This document shows, piece after piece, positions 22,201 through 37,200 of a DNA stretch of 64,000 nucleotides. The translations under genes were made by a program, and so were the position numbers. Position 1 is the stretch's first letter, and the number at the start of each line of letters is the position of its first letter. Origin of the DNA: Auanema rhodensis (Eukaryota > Animalia > Nematoda); assembly GCA_964057225.1 (NCBI GenBank), contig OZ059896.1, positions 5,270,001 to 5,334,000 on the forward strand. Reading direction: 5' to 3'. The notes under the pieces were generated by a model. The model ran no database searches and was not told the origin of the DNA. It worked only from the letters and a program-made list of their open reading frames with translations.

Positions 22201-25200
22201 CACTATACTACATTAAGAAAAACTTAATACAAAAATTAGTTATGATCGTTTGAAAAATGATGCATTAGTGTATGTTGAGTTTCCATGTACACTCAACATT
22301 GCTTCCAAAAACATTTTGACAAAAATTTTCCCGAAAAATTTCAAAATAATTTCACAAAAAGTAGATGTTTTTAGATTCCTTTTTTCAAGACAAAGACGAT
22401 GGACATTGTTATTCAACAAAAAAATTAATTCTTCACGGTGAAAATCGAGGATATAAGTGTGAACCTATATCAGTTGATATCTCGGTGCATTTTCAAGCTA
22501 GCGCAAATCTGATAACACAGATCGACGCAGCTTAAAAATCCACATCGAATGCACTATACTACATTGGGAAACACTCAATACAAAAATTAGTTATGATCGT
22601 TTGAAAAATGATGCATTAGTGTATGTTGAGTTTCCATGTACACTCAACATTGCTTCCAAAAACATTTTGACAAAAATTTTCCCGAAAAATTTCAAAATAA
22701 TTTCACAAAAAGTAGATGTTTTTAGATTCCTTTTTTCAAGACAAAGACGATGGACATTGTTATTCAACAAAAAAATTAATTCTTCACGGTGAAAATCGAG
22801 GATATAAGTGTGAACCTATATCAGTTGATATCTCGGTGCATTTTCAAGCTAGCGCAAATCTGATAACACAGATCGACGCAGCTTAAAAATCCGCATCGAA
22901 TGCACTATACTACATTAAGAAAAGCTTAATACAAAAATTAGTTATGATCGTTTGAAAAATGATGCATTAGTGTATGTTGAGTTTCCATGTACACTCAACA
23001 TTGCTTCCAAAAACATTTTGACAAAAATTTTCCCGAAAAATTTCAAAATAATTTCACAAAAAGTAGATGTTTTTAGATTCCTTTTTTCAAGACAAAGACG
23101 ATGGACATTGTTATTCAACAAAAAAATTAATTCTTCACGGTGAAAATCGAGGATATAAGTGTGAACCTATATCAGTTGATATCTCGGTGCATTTTCAAGC
23201 TAGCGCAAATCTGATAACACAGATCGACGCAGCTTAAAAATCCACATCGAATGCACTATACTACATTGGGAAACACTCAATACAAAAATTAGTTATGATC
23301 GTTTGAAAAATGATGCATTAGTGTATGTTGAGTTTCCATGTACACTCAACATTGCTTCCAAAAACATTTTGACAAAAATTTTCCCGAAAAATTTCAAAAT
23401 AATTTCACAAAAAGTAGATGTTTTTAGATTCCTTTTTTCAAGACAAAGACGATGGACATTGTTATTCAACAAAAAAATTAATTCTTCACGGTGAAAATCG
23501 AGGATATAAGTGTGAACCTATATCAGTTGATATCTCGGTGCATTTTCAAGCTAGCGCAAATCTGATAACACAGATCGACGCAGCTTAAAAATCCGCATCG
23601 AATGCACTATACTACATTAAGAAAAGCTTAATACAAAAATTAGTTATGATCGTTTGAAAAATGATGCATTAGTGTATGTTGAGTTTCCATGTACACTCAA
23701 CATTGCTTCCAAAAACATTTTGACAAAAATTTTCCCGAAAAATTTCAAAATAATTTCACAAAAAGTAGATGTTTTTAGATTCCTTTTTTCAAGACAAAGA
23801 CGATGGACATTGTTATTCAACAAAAAAATTAATTCTTCACGGTGAAAATCGAGGATATAAGTGTGAACCTATATCAGTTGATATCTCGGTGCATTTTCAA
23901 GCTAGCGCAAATCTGATAACACAGATCGACGCAGCTTAAAAATCCACATCGAATGCACTATACTACATTGGGAAACACTCAATACAAAAATTAGTTATGA
24001 TCGTTTGAAAAATGATGCATTAGTGTATGTTGAGTTTCCATGTACACTCAACATTGCTTCCAAAAACATTTTGACAAAAATTTTCCCGAAAAATTTCAAA
24101 ATAATTTCACAAAAAGTAGATGTTTTTAGATTCCTTTTTTCAAGACAAAGACGATGGACATTGTTATTCAACAAAAAAATTAATTCTTCACGGTGAAAAT
24201 CGAGGATATAAGTGTGAACCTATATCAGTTGATATCTCGGTGCATTTTCAAGCTAGCGCAAATCTGATAACACAGATCGACGCAGCTTAAAAATCCGCAT
24301 CGAATGCACTATACTACATTAAGAAAAGCTTAATACAAAAATTAGTTATGATCGTTTGAAAAATGATGCATTAGTGTATGTTGAGTTTCCATGTACACTC
24401 AACATTGCTTCCAAAAACATTTTGACAAAAATTTTCCCGAAAAATTTCGAAATAATTTCACAAAAAGTAGATGTTTTTAGATTCCTTTTTTCAAGACAAA
24501 GACGATGGACATTGTTATTCAACAAAAAAATTAATTCTTCAGGGTGAAAATCGAGGATATAAGTGTGAACTTATATCAGTTGATATCTCGGTGCATTTTT
24601 AAGCTAGCGCAAATCTGATAACACAGATCGACGCAGCTTAAAAATCCGCATCGAATGCACTATACTACATTAAGAAAAGCTTAATACAAAAATTAGTTAT
24701 GATCGTTTGAAAAATGATGCATTAGTGTATGTTGAGTTTCCATGTACACTCAACATTGCTTCCAAAAACATTTTGACAAAAATTTTCCCGAAAAATTTCA
24801 AAATAATTTCACAAAAAGTAGATGTTTTTAGATTCCTTTTTTCAAGACAAAGACGATGGACATTGTTATTCAACAAAAAAATTAATTCTTCACGGTGAAA
24901 ATCGAGGATATAAGTGTGAACCTATATCAGTTGATATCTCGGTGCATTTTCAAGCTAGCGCAAATCTGATAACACAGATCGACGCAGCTTAAAAATCCGC
25001 ATCGAATGCACTATACTACATTAAGAAAAGCTTAATACAAAAATTAGTTATGATCGTTTGAAAAATGATGCATTAGTGTATGTTGAGTTTCCATGTACAC
25101 TCAACATTGCTTCCAAAAACATTTTGATAAAAATTTTCCCGAAAAATTTCAAAATAATTTCACAAAAAGTAGATGTTTTTAGATTCCTTTTTTCAAGACA

Positions 25201-28200
25201 AAGACGATGGACATTGTTATTCAACAAAAAATTAATTCTTCAGGGTGAAAATCGAGGATATAAGTGTGAACTTATATCAGTTGATATCTCGGTGCATTTT
25301 TAAGCTAGCGCAAATCTGATAACACAGATCGACGCAGCTTAAAAATCCGCATCGAATGCACTATACTACATTAAGAAAAGCTTAATACAAAAATTAGTTA
25401 TGATCGTTTGAAAAATGATGCATTAGTGTATGTTGAGTTTCCATGTACACTCAACATTGCTTCCAAAAACATTTTGACAAAAATTTTCCCGAAAAATTTC
25501 AAAATAATTTCACAAAAAGTAGATGTTTTTAGATTCCTTTTTTCAAGACAAAGACGATGGACATTGTTATTCAACAAAAAAATTAATTCTTCAGGGTGAA
25601 AATCGAGGATATAAGTGTGAACTTATATCAGTTGATATCTCGGTGCATTTTTAAGCTAGCGCAAATCTGATAACACAGATCGACGCAGCTTAAAAATCCG
25701 CATCGAATGCACTATACTACATTAAGAAAAGCTTAATACAAAAATTAGTTATGATCGTTTGAAAAATGATGCATTAGTGTATGTTGAGTTTCCATGTACA
25801 CTCAACATTGCTTCCAAAAACATTTTGACAAAAATTTTCCCGAAAAATTTCAAAATAATTTCACAAAAAGTAGATGTTTTTAGATTTCTTTTTTCAAGAC
25901 AAAGACGATGGACATTGTTATTCAACAAAAAAATTAATTCTTCAGGGTGAAAATCGAGGATATAAGTGTGAACTTATATCAGTTGATATCTCGGTGCATT
26001 TTTAAGCTAGCGCAAATCTGATAACACAGATCGACGCAGCTTAAAAATCCACATCGAATGCACTATACTACATTGGGAAACACTCGATACAAACATTAGT
26101 TATGATCGTTTGAAAAATGATGCATTAGTGTATGTTGAGTTTCCATGTACACTCAACATTGCTTCCAAAAACATTTTGACAAAAATTTTCCCGAAAAATT
26201 TCAAAATAATTTCACAAAAAGTAGATGTTTTTAGATTCCTTTTTTCAAGACAAAGACGATGGACATTGTTATTCAACAAAAAAATTAATTCTTCAGGGTG
26301 AAAATCGAGGATATAAGTGTGAACCTATATCAGTTGATATCTCGGTGCATTTTCAAGCTAGCGCAAATCTGATAACACAGATCGACGCAGCTTAAAAATC
26401 CGCATCGAATGCACTATACTACATGGAGAATCGCTCAATACAAAAATTAGTTATGATCGTTTGAAAAATGATGCATTAGTGTATGTTGAGTTTCCATGTA
26501 CACTCAACAATGCTTCCAAAAACATTTTGACAAAAATTTTCCCGAAAAATTTCAAAATAATTTCACAAAAAGTAGATGTTTTTAGATTCCTTTTTTCAAG
26601 ACAAAGACGATGGACAATGTTATTCAACGAAAAAATTAATTCTTCACGGTGAAAATCGAGGATATAAGTGTGAACCTATATCAGTTGATATCTCGGTGCA
26701 TTTTCAAGCTAGCGCAAATCTGATAACACAGATCGACGCAGCTTAAAAATCCGCATCGAATGCACTATACTACATGGAGAAACGCTCAATACAAAAATTA
26801 GTTATGATCGTTTGAAAAATGATGCATTAGTGTATGTTGAGTTTCCATGTACACTCAACAATGCTTCCAAAAACATTTTGACAAAAATTTTCCCGAAAAA
26901 TTTCAAAATAATTTCACAAAAAGTAGATGTTTTTAGATTCCTTTTTTCAAGACAAAGACGATGGACATTGTTATTCAACAAAAAAATTAATTCTTCACGG
27001 TGAAAATCGAGGATATAAGTGTGAACCTATATCAGTTGATATCTCGGTGCATTTTCAAGCTAGCGCAAATCTGATAACACAGATCGACGCAGCTTAAAAA
27101 TCCGCATCGAATGCACTATACTACATTAAGAAAAGCTTAATACAAAAATTAGTTATGATCGTTTGAAAAATGATGCATTAGTGTATGTTGAGTTTCCATG
27201 TACACTCAACATTGCTTCCAAAAACATTTTGACAAAAATTTTCCCGAAAAATTTCAAAATAATTTCAAAAAAAGTAGATGTTTTTAGATTCCTTTTTTCA
27301 AGACAAAAACGATGGACATTGTTATTCAACAAAAAAATTAATTCTTCAGGGTGAAAATCGAGGATATAAGTGTGAACTTATATCAGTTGATATCTCGGTG
27401 CATTTTTAAGCTAGCGCAAATCTGATAACACAGATCGACGCAGCTTAAAAATCCGCATCGAATGCACTATACTACATGGAGAAACGCTCAATACAAAAAT
27501 TAGTTATGATCGTTTGAAAAATGATGCATTAGTGTATGTTGAGTTTCCATGTACACTCAACAATGCTTCCAAAAACATTTTGACAAAAATTTTCCCGAAA
27601 AATTTCAAAATAATTTCACAAAAAGTAGATGTTTTTAGATTCCTTTTTTTAAGACAAAGACGATGGACATTGTTATTCAACAAAAAAATTAATTCTTCAC
27701 GGTGAAAATCGAGGATATAAGTGTGAACCTATATCAGTTGATATCTCGGTGCATTTTCAAGCTAGCGCAAATCTGATAACACAGATCGACGCAGCTTAAA
27801 AATCCGCATCGAATGCACTATACTACATTAAGAAAAGCTTAATACAAAAATTAGTTATGATCGTTTGAAAAATGATGCATTAGTGTATGTTGAGTTTCCA
27901 TGTACACTCAACATTGCTTCCAAAAACATTTTGACAAAAATTTTCCCGAAAAATTTCAAAATAATTTCACAAAAAGTAGATGTTTTTAGATTCCTTTTTT
28001 CAAGACAAAGACGATGGACATTGTTATTCAACAAAAAAATTAATTCTTCAGGGTGAAAATCGAGGATATAAGTGTGAACTTATATCAGTTGCTATCTCGG
28101 TGCATTTTTAAGCTAGCGCAAATCTGATAACACAGATCGACGCAGCTTAAAAATCCGCATCGAATGCACTATACTACATTAAGAAAAGCTTAATACAAAA

Positions 28201-31200
28201 ATTAGTTATGATCGTTTGAAAAATGATGCATTAGTGTATGTTGAGTTTCCATGTACACTCAACATTGCTTCCAAAAACATTTTGACAAAAATTTTCCCGA
28301 AAAATTTCAAAATAATTTCACAAAAAGTAGATGTTTTTAGATTCCTTTTTTCAAGACAAAGACGATGGACATTGTTATTCAACAAAAAAATTAATTCTTC
28401 AGGGTGAAAACCGAGGATATAAGTGTGAACCTATATCAGTTGATATCTCGGTGCATTTTCAAGCTAGCGCAAATCTGATAACACAGATCGACGCAGCTTA
28501 AAAATCCGCATCGAATGCACTATACTACATGGAGAAACGCTCAATACAAAAATTAGTTATGATCGTTTGAAAAATGATGCATTAGTGTATGTTGAGTTTC
28601 CATGTACACTCAACAATGCTTCCAAAAACATTTTGACAAAAATTTTCCCGAAAAATTTCAAAATAATTTCACAAAAAGTAGATGTTTTTAGATTCCTTTT
28701 TTCAAGACAAAGACGATGGACAATGTTATTCAACGAAAAAATTAATTCTTCACGGTGAAAATCGAGGATATAAGTGTGAACCTATATCAGTTGATATCTC
28801 GGTGCATTTTCAAGCTAGCGCAAATCTGATAACACAGATCGACGCAGCTTGAAAATCCGCATCGAATGCACTATACTACATTAAGAAAAGCTTAATACAA
28901 AAATTAGTTATGATCGTTTGAAAAATGATGCATTAGTGTATGTTGAGTTTCCATGTACACTCAACAATGCTTCCAAAAACATTTTGACAAAAATTTTCCC
29001 GAAAAATTTCAAAATAATTTCACAAAAAGTAGATGTTTTTAGATTCCTTTTTTCAAGACAAAGACGATGGACATTGTTATTCAACAAAAAAATTAATTCT
29101 TCACGGTGAAAATCGAGGATATAAGTGTGAACCTATATCAGTTGATATCTCGGTGCATTTTCAAGCTAGCGCAAATCTGATAACACAGATCGACGCAGCT
29201 TAAAAATCCGCATCGAATGCACTATACTACATTAAGAAAAGCTTAATACAAAAATTAGTTATGATCGTTTGAAAAATGATGCATTAGTGTATGTTGAGTT
29301 TCCATGTACACTCAACATTGCTTCCAAAAACATTTTGACAAAAATTTTCCCGAAAAATTTCAAAATAATTTCAAAAAAAGTAGATGTTTTTAGATTCCTT
29401 TTTTCAAGACAAAGACGATGGACATTGTTATTCAACAAAAAAATTAATTCTTCAGGGTGAAAATCGAGGATATAAGTGTGAACTTATATCAGTTGATATC
29501 TCGGTGCATTTTTAAGCTAGCGCAAATCTGATAACACAGATCGACGCAGCTTAAAAATCCGCATCGAATGCACTATACTACATGAAGAAACGCTCAATAC
29601 AAAAATTAGTTATGATCGTTTGAAAAATGATGCATTAGTGTATGTTGAGTTTCCATGTACACTCAACAATGCTTCCAAAAACATTTTGACAAAAATTTTC
29701 CCGAAAAATTTCAAAATAATTTCACAAAAAGTAGATGTTTTTAGATTCCTTTTTTTAAGACAAAGACGATGGACATTGTTATTCAACAAAAAAATTAATT
29801 CTTCACGGTGAAAATCGAGGATATAAGTGTGAACCTATATCAGTTGATATCTCGGTGCATTTTCAAGCTAGCGCAAATCTGATAACACAGATCGACGCAG
29901 CTTAAAAATCCGCATCGAATGCACTATACTACATTAAGAAAAGCTTAATACAAAAATTAGTTATGATCGTTTGAAAAATGATGCATTAGTGTATGTTGAG
30001 TTTCCATGTACACTCAACATTGCTTCCAAAAACATTTTGACAAAAATTTTCCCGAAAAATTTCAAAATAATTTCACAAAAAGTAGATGTTTTTAGATTCC
30101 TTTTTTCAGGACAAAGACGATGGACATTGTTATTCAACAAAAAAATTAATTCTTCAGGGTGAAAATCGAGGATATAAGTGTGAACTTATATCAGTTGCTA
30201 TCTCGGTGCATTTTTAAGCTAGCGCAAATCTGATAACACAGATCGACGCAGCTTAAAAATCCGCATCGAATGCACTATACTACATTAAGAAAAGCTTAAT
30301 ACAAAAATTAGTTATGATCGTTTGAAAAATGATGCATTAGTGTATGTTGAGTTTCCATGTACACTCAACATTGCTTCCAAAAACATTTTGACAAAAATTT
30401 TCCCGAAAAATTTCAAAATAATTTCACAAAAAGTAGATGTTTTTAGATTCCTTTTTTCAAGACAAAGACGATGGACATTGTTATTCAACAAAAAAATTAA
30501 TTCTTCAGGGTGAAAACCGAGGATATAAGTGTGAACCTATATCAGTTGATATCTCGGTGCATTTTCAAGCTAGCGCAAATCTGATAACACAGATCGACGC
30601 AGCTTAAAAATCCGCATCGAATGCACTATACTACATGGAGAAACGCTCAATACAAAAATTAGTTATGATCGTTTGAAAAATGATGCATTAGTGTATGTTG
30701 AGTTTCCATGTACACTCAACAATGCTTCCAAAAACATTTTGACAAAAATTTTCCCGAAAAATTTCAAAATAATTTCACAAAAAGTAGATGTTTTTAGATT
30801 CCTTTTTTCAAGACAAAGACGATGGACAATGTTATTCAACGAAAAAATTAATTCTTCACGGTGAAAATCGAGGATATAAGTGTGAACCTATATCAGTTGA
30901 TATCTCGGTGCATTTTCAAGCTAGCGCAAATCTGATAACACAGATCGACGCAGCTTGAAAATCCGCATCGAATGCACTATACTACATTAAGAAAAGCTTA
31001 ATACAAAAATTAGTTATGATCGTTTGAAAAATGATGCATTAGTGTATGTTGAGTTTCCATGTACACTCAACATTGCTTCCAAAAACATTTTGACAAAAAT
31101 TTTCCCGAAAAATTTCAAAATAATTTCACAAAAAGTAGATGTTTTTAGATTCCTTTTTTCAAGACAAAGACGATGGACATTGTTATTCAACAAAAAAATT

Positions 31201-34200
31201 AATTCTTCACGGTGAAAATCGAGGATATAAGTGTGAACCTATATCAGTTGATATCTCGGTGCATTTTCAAGCTAGCGCAAATCTGATAACACAGATCGAC
31301 GCAGCTTAAAAATCCACATCGAATGCACTATACTACATTGGGAAACACTCAATACAAAAATTAGTTATGATCGTTTGAAAAATGATGCATTAGTGTATGT
31401 TGAGTTTCCATGTACACTCAACATTGCTTCCAAAAACATTTTGACAAAAATTTTCCCGAAAAATTTCAAAATAATTTCACAAAAAGTAGATGTTTTTAGA
31501 TTCCTTTTTTCAAGACAAAGACGATGGACATTGTTATTCAACAAAAAAATTAATTCTTCAGGGTGAAAACCGAGGATATAAGTGTGAACCTATATCAGTT
31601 GATATCTCGGTGCATTTTCAAGCTAGCGCAAATCTGATAACACAGATCGACGCAGCTTAAAAATCCGCATCGAATGCACTATACTACATGGAGAAACGCT
31701 CAATACAAAAATTAGTTATGATCGTTTGAAAAATGATGCATTAGTGTATGTTGAGTTTCCATGTACACTCAACAATGCTTCCAAAAACATTTTGACAAAA
31801 ATTTTCCCGAAAAATTTCAAAATAATTTCACAAAAAGTAGATGTTTTTAGATTCCTTTTTTCAAGACAAAGACGATGGACAATGTTATTCAACGAAAAAA
31901 TTAATTCTTCACGGTGAAAATCGAGGATATAAGTGTGAACCTATATCAGTTGATATCTCGGTGCATTTTCAAGCTAGCGCAAATCTGATAACACAGATCG
32001 ACGCAGCTTAAAAATCCGCATCGAATGCACTATACTACATTAAGAAAAGCTTAATACAAAAATTAGTTATGATCGTTTGAAAAATGATGCATTAGTGTAT
32101 GTTGAGTTTCCATGTACACTCAACATTGCTTCCAAAAACATTTTGACAAAAATTTTCCCGAAAAATTTCAAAATAATTTCACAAAAAGTAGATGTTTTTA
32201 GATTCTTTTTTTCAAGACAAAGACGATGGACATTGTTATTCAACAAAAAAATTAATTCTTCAGGGTGAAAACCGAGGATATAAGTGTGAACCTATATCAG
32301 TTGATATCTCGGTGCATTTTCAAGCTAGCGCAAATCTGATAACACAGATCGACGCAGCTTAAAAATCCGCATCGAATGCACTATACTACATGGAGAAACG
32401 CTCAATACAAAAATTAGTTATGATCGTTTGAAAAATGATGCATTAGTGTATGTTGAGTTTCCATGTACACTCAACAATGCTTCCAAAAACATTTTGACAA
32501 AAATTTTCCCGAAAAATTTCAAAATAATTTCACAAAAAGTAGATGTTTTTAGATTCCTTTTTTCAAGACAAAGACGATGGACAATGTTATTCAACGAAAA
32601 AATTAATTCTTCACGGTGAAAATCGAGGATATAAGTGTGAACCTATATCAGTTGATATCTCGGTGCATTTTCAAGCTAGCGCAAATCTGATAACACAGAT
32701 CGACGCAGCTTAAAAATCCGCATCGAATGCACTATACTACATTAAGAAAAGCTTAATACAAAAATTAGTTATGATCGTTTGAAAAATGATGCATTAGTGT
32801 ATGTTGAGTTTCCATGTACACTCAACATTGCTTCCAAAAACATTTTGACAAAAATTTTCCCGAAAAATTTCAAAATAATTTCACAAAAAGTAGATGTTTT
32901 TAGATTCCTTTTTTCAAGACAAAGACGATGGACATTGTTATTCAACAAAAAAATTAATTCTTCAGGGTGAAAACCGAGGATATAAGTGTGAACCTATATC
33001 AGTTGATATCTCGGTGCATTTTCAAGCTAGCGCAAATCTGATAACACAGATCGACGCAGCTTAAAAATCCGCATCGAATGCACTATACTACATGGAGAAT
33101 CGCTCAATACAAAAATTAGTTATGATCGTTTGAAAAATGATGCATTAGTGTATGTTGAGTTTCCATGTACACTCAACAATGCTTCCAAAAACATTTTGAC
33201 AAAAATTTTCCCGAAAAATTTCAAAATAATTTCACAAAAAGTAGATGTTTTTAGATTCCTTTTTTCAAGACAAAGACGATGGACAATGTTATTCAACGAA
33301 AAAATTAATTCTTCACGGTGAAAATCGAGGATATAAGTGTGAACCTATATCAGTTGATATCTCGGTGCATTTTCAAGCTAGCGCAAATCTGATAACACAG
33401 ATCGACGCAGCTTAAAAATCCGCATCGAATGCACTATACTACATGGAGAAACGCTCAATACAAAAATTAGTTATGATCGTTTGAAAAATGATGCATTAGT
33501 GTATGTTGAGTTTCCATGTACACTCAACAATGCTTCCAAAAACATTTTGACAAAAATTTTCCCGAAAAATTTCAAAATAATTTCACAAAAAGTAGATGTT
33601 TTTAGATTCCTTTTTTCAAGACAAAGACGATGGACATTGTTATTCAACAAAAAAATTAATTCTTCACGGTGAAAATCGAGGATATAAGTGTGAACCTATA
33701 TCAGTTGATATCTCGGTGCATTTTCAAGCTAGCGCAAATCTGATAACACAGATCGACGCAGCTTAAAAATCCGCATCGAATGCACTATACTACATTAAGA
33801 AAAGCTTAATACAAAAATTAGTTATGATCGTTTGAAAAATGATGCATTAGTGTATGTTGAGTTTCCATGTACACTCAACATTGCTTCCAAAAACATTTTG
33901 ACAAAAATTTTCCCGAAAAATTTCAAAATAATTTCAAAAAAAGTAGATGTTTTTAGATTCCTTTTTTCAAGACAAAAACGATGGACATTGTTATTCAACA
34001 AAAAAATTAATTCTTCAGGGTGAAAATCGAGGATATAAGTGTGAACTTATATCAGTTGATATCTCGGTGCATTTTTAAGCTAGCGCAAATCTGATAACAC
34101 AGATCGACGCAGCTTAAAAATCCGCATCGAATGCACTATACTACATGGAGAAACGCTCAATACAAAAATTAGTTATGATCGTTTGAAAAATGATGCATTA

Positions 34201-37200
34201 GTGTATGTTGAGTTTCCATGTACACTCAACAATGCTTCCAAAAACATTTTGACAAAAATTTTCCCGAAAAATTTCAAAATAATTTCACAAAAAGTAGATG
34301 TTTTTAGATTCCTTTTTTTAAGACAAAGACGATGGACATTGTTATTCAACAAAAAAATTAATTCTTCACGGTGAAAATCGAGGATATAAGTGTGAACCTA
34401 TATCAGTTGATATCTCGGTGCATTTTCAAGCTAGCGCAAATCTGATAACACAGATCGACGCAGCTTAAAAATCCGCATCGAATGCACTATACTACATTAA
34501 GAAAAGCTTAATACAAAAATTAGTTATGATCGTTTGAAAAATGATGCATTAGTGTATGTTGAGTTTCCATGTACACTCAACATTGCTTCCAAAAACATTT
34601 TGACAAAAATTTTCCCGAAAAATTTCAAAATAATTTCACAAAAAGTAGATGTTTTTAGATTCCTTTTTTCAAGACAAAGACGATGGACATTGTTATTCAA
34701 CAAAAAAATTAATTCTTCAGGGTGAAAATCGAGGATATAAGTGTGAACTTATATCAGTTGCTATCTCGGTGCATTTTTAAGCTAGCGCAAATCTGATAAC
34801 ACAGATCGACGCAGCTTAAAAATCCGCATCGAATGCACTATACTACATTAAGAAAAGCTTAATACAAAAATTAGTTATGATCGTTTGAAAAATGATGCAT
34901 TAGTGTATGTTGAGTTTCCATGTACACTCAACATTGCTTCCAAAAACATTTTGACAAAAATTTTCCCGAAAAATTTCAAAATAATTTCACAAAAAGTAGA
35001 TGTTTTTAGATTCCTTTTTTCAAGACAAAGACGATGGACATTGTTATTCAACAAAAAAATTAATTCTTCAGGGTGAAAACCGAGGATATAAGTGTGAACC
35101 TATATCAGTTGATATCTCGGTGCATTTTCAAGCTAGCGCAAATCTGATAACACAGATCGACGCAGCTTAAAAATCCGCATCGAATGCACTATACTACATG
35201 GAGAAACGCTCAATACAAAAATTAGTTATGATCGTTTGAAAAATGATGCATTAGTGTATGTTGAGTTTCCATGTACACTCAACAATGCTTCCAAAAACAT
35301 TTTGACAAAAATTTTCCCGAAAAATTTCAAAATAATTTCACAAAAAGTAGATGTTTTTAGATTCCTTTTTTCAAGACAAAGACGATGGACAATGTTATTC
35401 AACGAAAAAATTAATTCTTCACGGTGAAAATCGAGGATATAAGTGTGAACCTATATCAGTTGATATCTCGGTGCATTTTCAAGCTAGCGCAAATCTGATA
35501 ACACAGATCGACGCAGCTTGAAAATCCGCATCGAATGCACTATACTACATTAAGAAAAGCTTAATACAAAAATTAGTTATGATCGTTTGAAAAATGATGC
35601 ATTAGTGTATGTTGAGTTTCCATGTACACTCAACAATGCTTCCAAAAACATTTTGACAAAAATTTTCCCGAAAAATTTCAAAATAATTTCACAAAAAGTA
35701 GATGTTTTTAGATTCCTTTTTTCAAGACAAAGACGATGGACATTGTTATTCAACAAAAAAATTAATTCTTCACGGTGAAAATCGAGGATATAAGTGTGAA
35801 CCTATATCAGTTGATATCTCGGTGCATTTTCAAGCTAGCGCAAATCTGATAACACAGATCGACGCAGCTTAAAAATCCGCATCGAATGCACTATACTACA
35901 TTAAGAAAAGCTTAATACAAAAATTAGTTATGATCGTTTGAAAAATGATGCATTAGTGTATGTTGAGTTTCCATGTACACTCAACATTGCTTCCAAAAAC
36001 ATTTTGACAAAAATTTTCCCGAAAAATTTCAAAATAATTTCAAAAAAAGTAGATGTTTTTAGATTCCTTTTTTCAAGACAAAGACGATGGACATTGTTAT
36101 TCAACAAAAAAATTAATTCTTCAGGGTGAAAATCGAGGATATAAGTGTGAACTTATATCAGTTGATATCTCGGTGCATTTTTAAGCTAGCGCAAATCTGA
36201 TAACACAGATCGACGCAGCTTAAAAATCCGCATCGAATGCACTATACTACATGAAGAAACGCTCAATACAAAAATTAGTTATGATCGTTTGAAAAATGAT
36301 GCATTAGTGTATGTTGAGTTTCCATGTACACTCAACAATGCTTCCAAAAACATTTTGACAAAAATTTTCCCGAAAAATTTCAAAATAATTTCACAAAAAG
36401 TAGATGTTTTTAGATTCCTTTTTTTAAGACAAAGACGATGGACATTGTTATTCAACAAAAAAATTAATTCTTCACGGTGAAAATCGAGGATATAAGTGTG
36501 AACCTATATCAGTTGATATCTCGGTGCATTTTCAAGCTAGCGCAAATCTGATAACACAGATCGACGCAGCTTAAAAATCCGCATCGAATGCACTATACTA
36601 CATTAAGAAAAGCTTAATACAAAAATTAGTTATGATCGTTTGAAAAATGATGCATTAGTGTATGTTGAGTTTCCATGTACACTCAACATTGCTTCCAAAA
36701 ACATTTTGACAAAAATTTTCCCGAAAAATTTTAAAATAATTTCACAAAAAGTAGATGTTTTTAGATTCCTTTTTTCAGGACAAAGACGATGGACATTGTT
36801 ATTCAACAAAAAAATTAATTCTTCAGGGTGAAAATCGAGGATATAAGTGTGAACTTATATCAGTTGCTATCTCGGTGCATTTTTAAGCTAGCGCAAATCT
36901 GATAACACAGATCGACGCAGCTTAAAAATCCGCATCGAATGCACTATACTACATTAAGAAAAGCTTAATACAAAAATTAGTTATGATCGTTTGAAAAATG
37001 ATGCATTAGTGTATGTTGAGTTTCCATGTACACTCAACATTGCTTCCAAAAACATTTTGACAAAAATTTTCCCGAAAAATTTCAAAATAATTTCACAAAA
37101 AGTAGATGTTTTTAGATTCCTTTTTTCAAGACAAAGACGATGGACATTGTTATTCAACAAAAAAATTAATTCTTCAGGGTGAAAACCGAGGATATAAGTG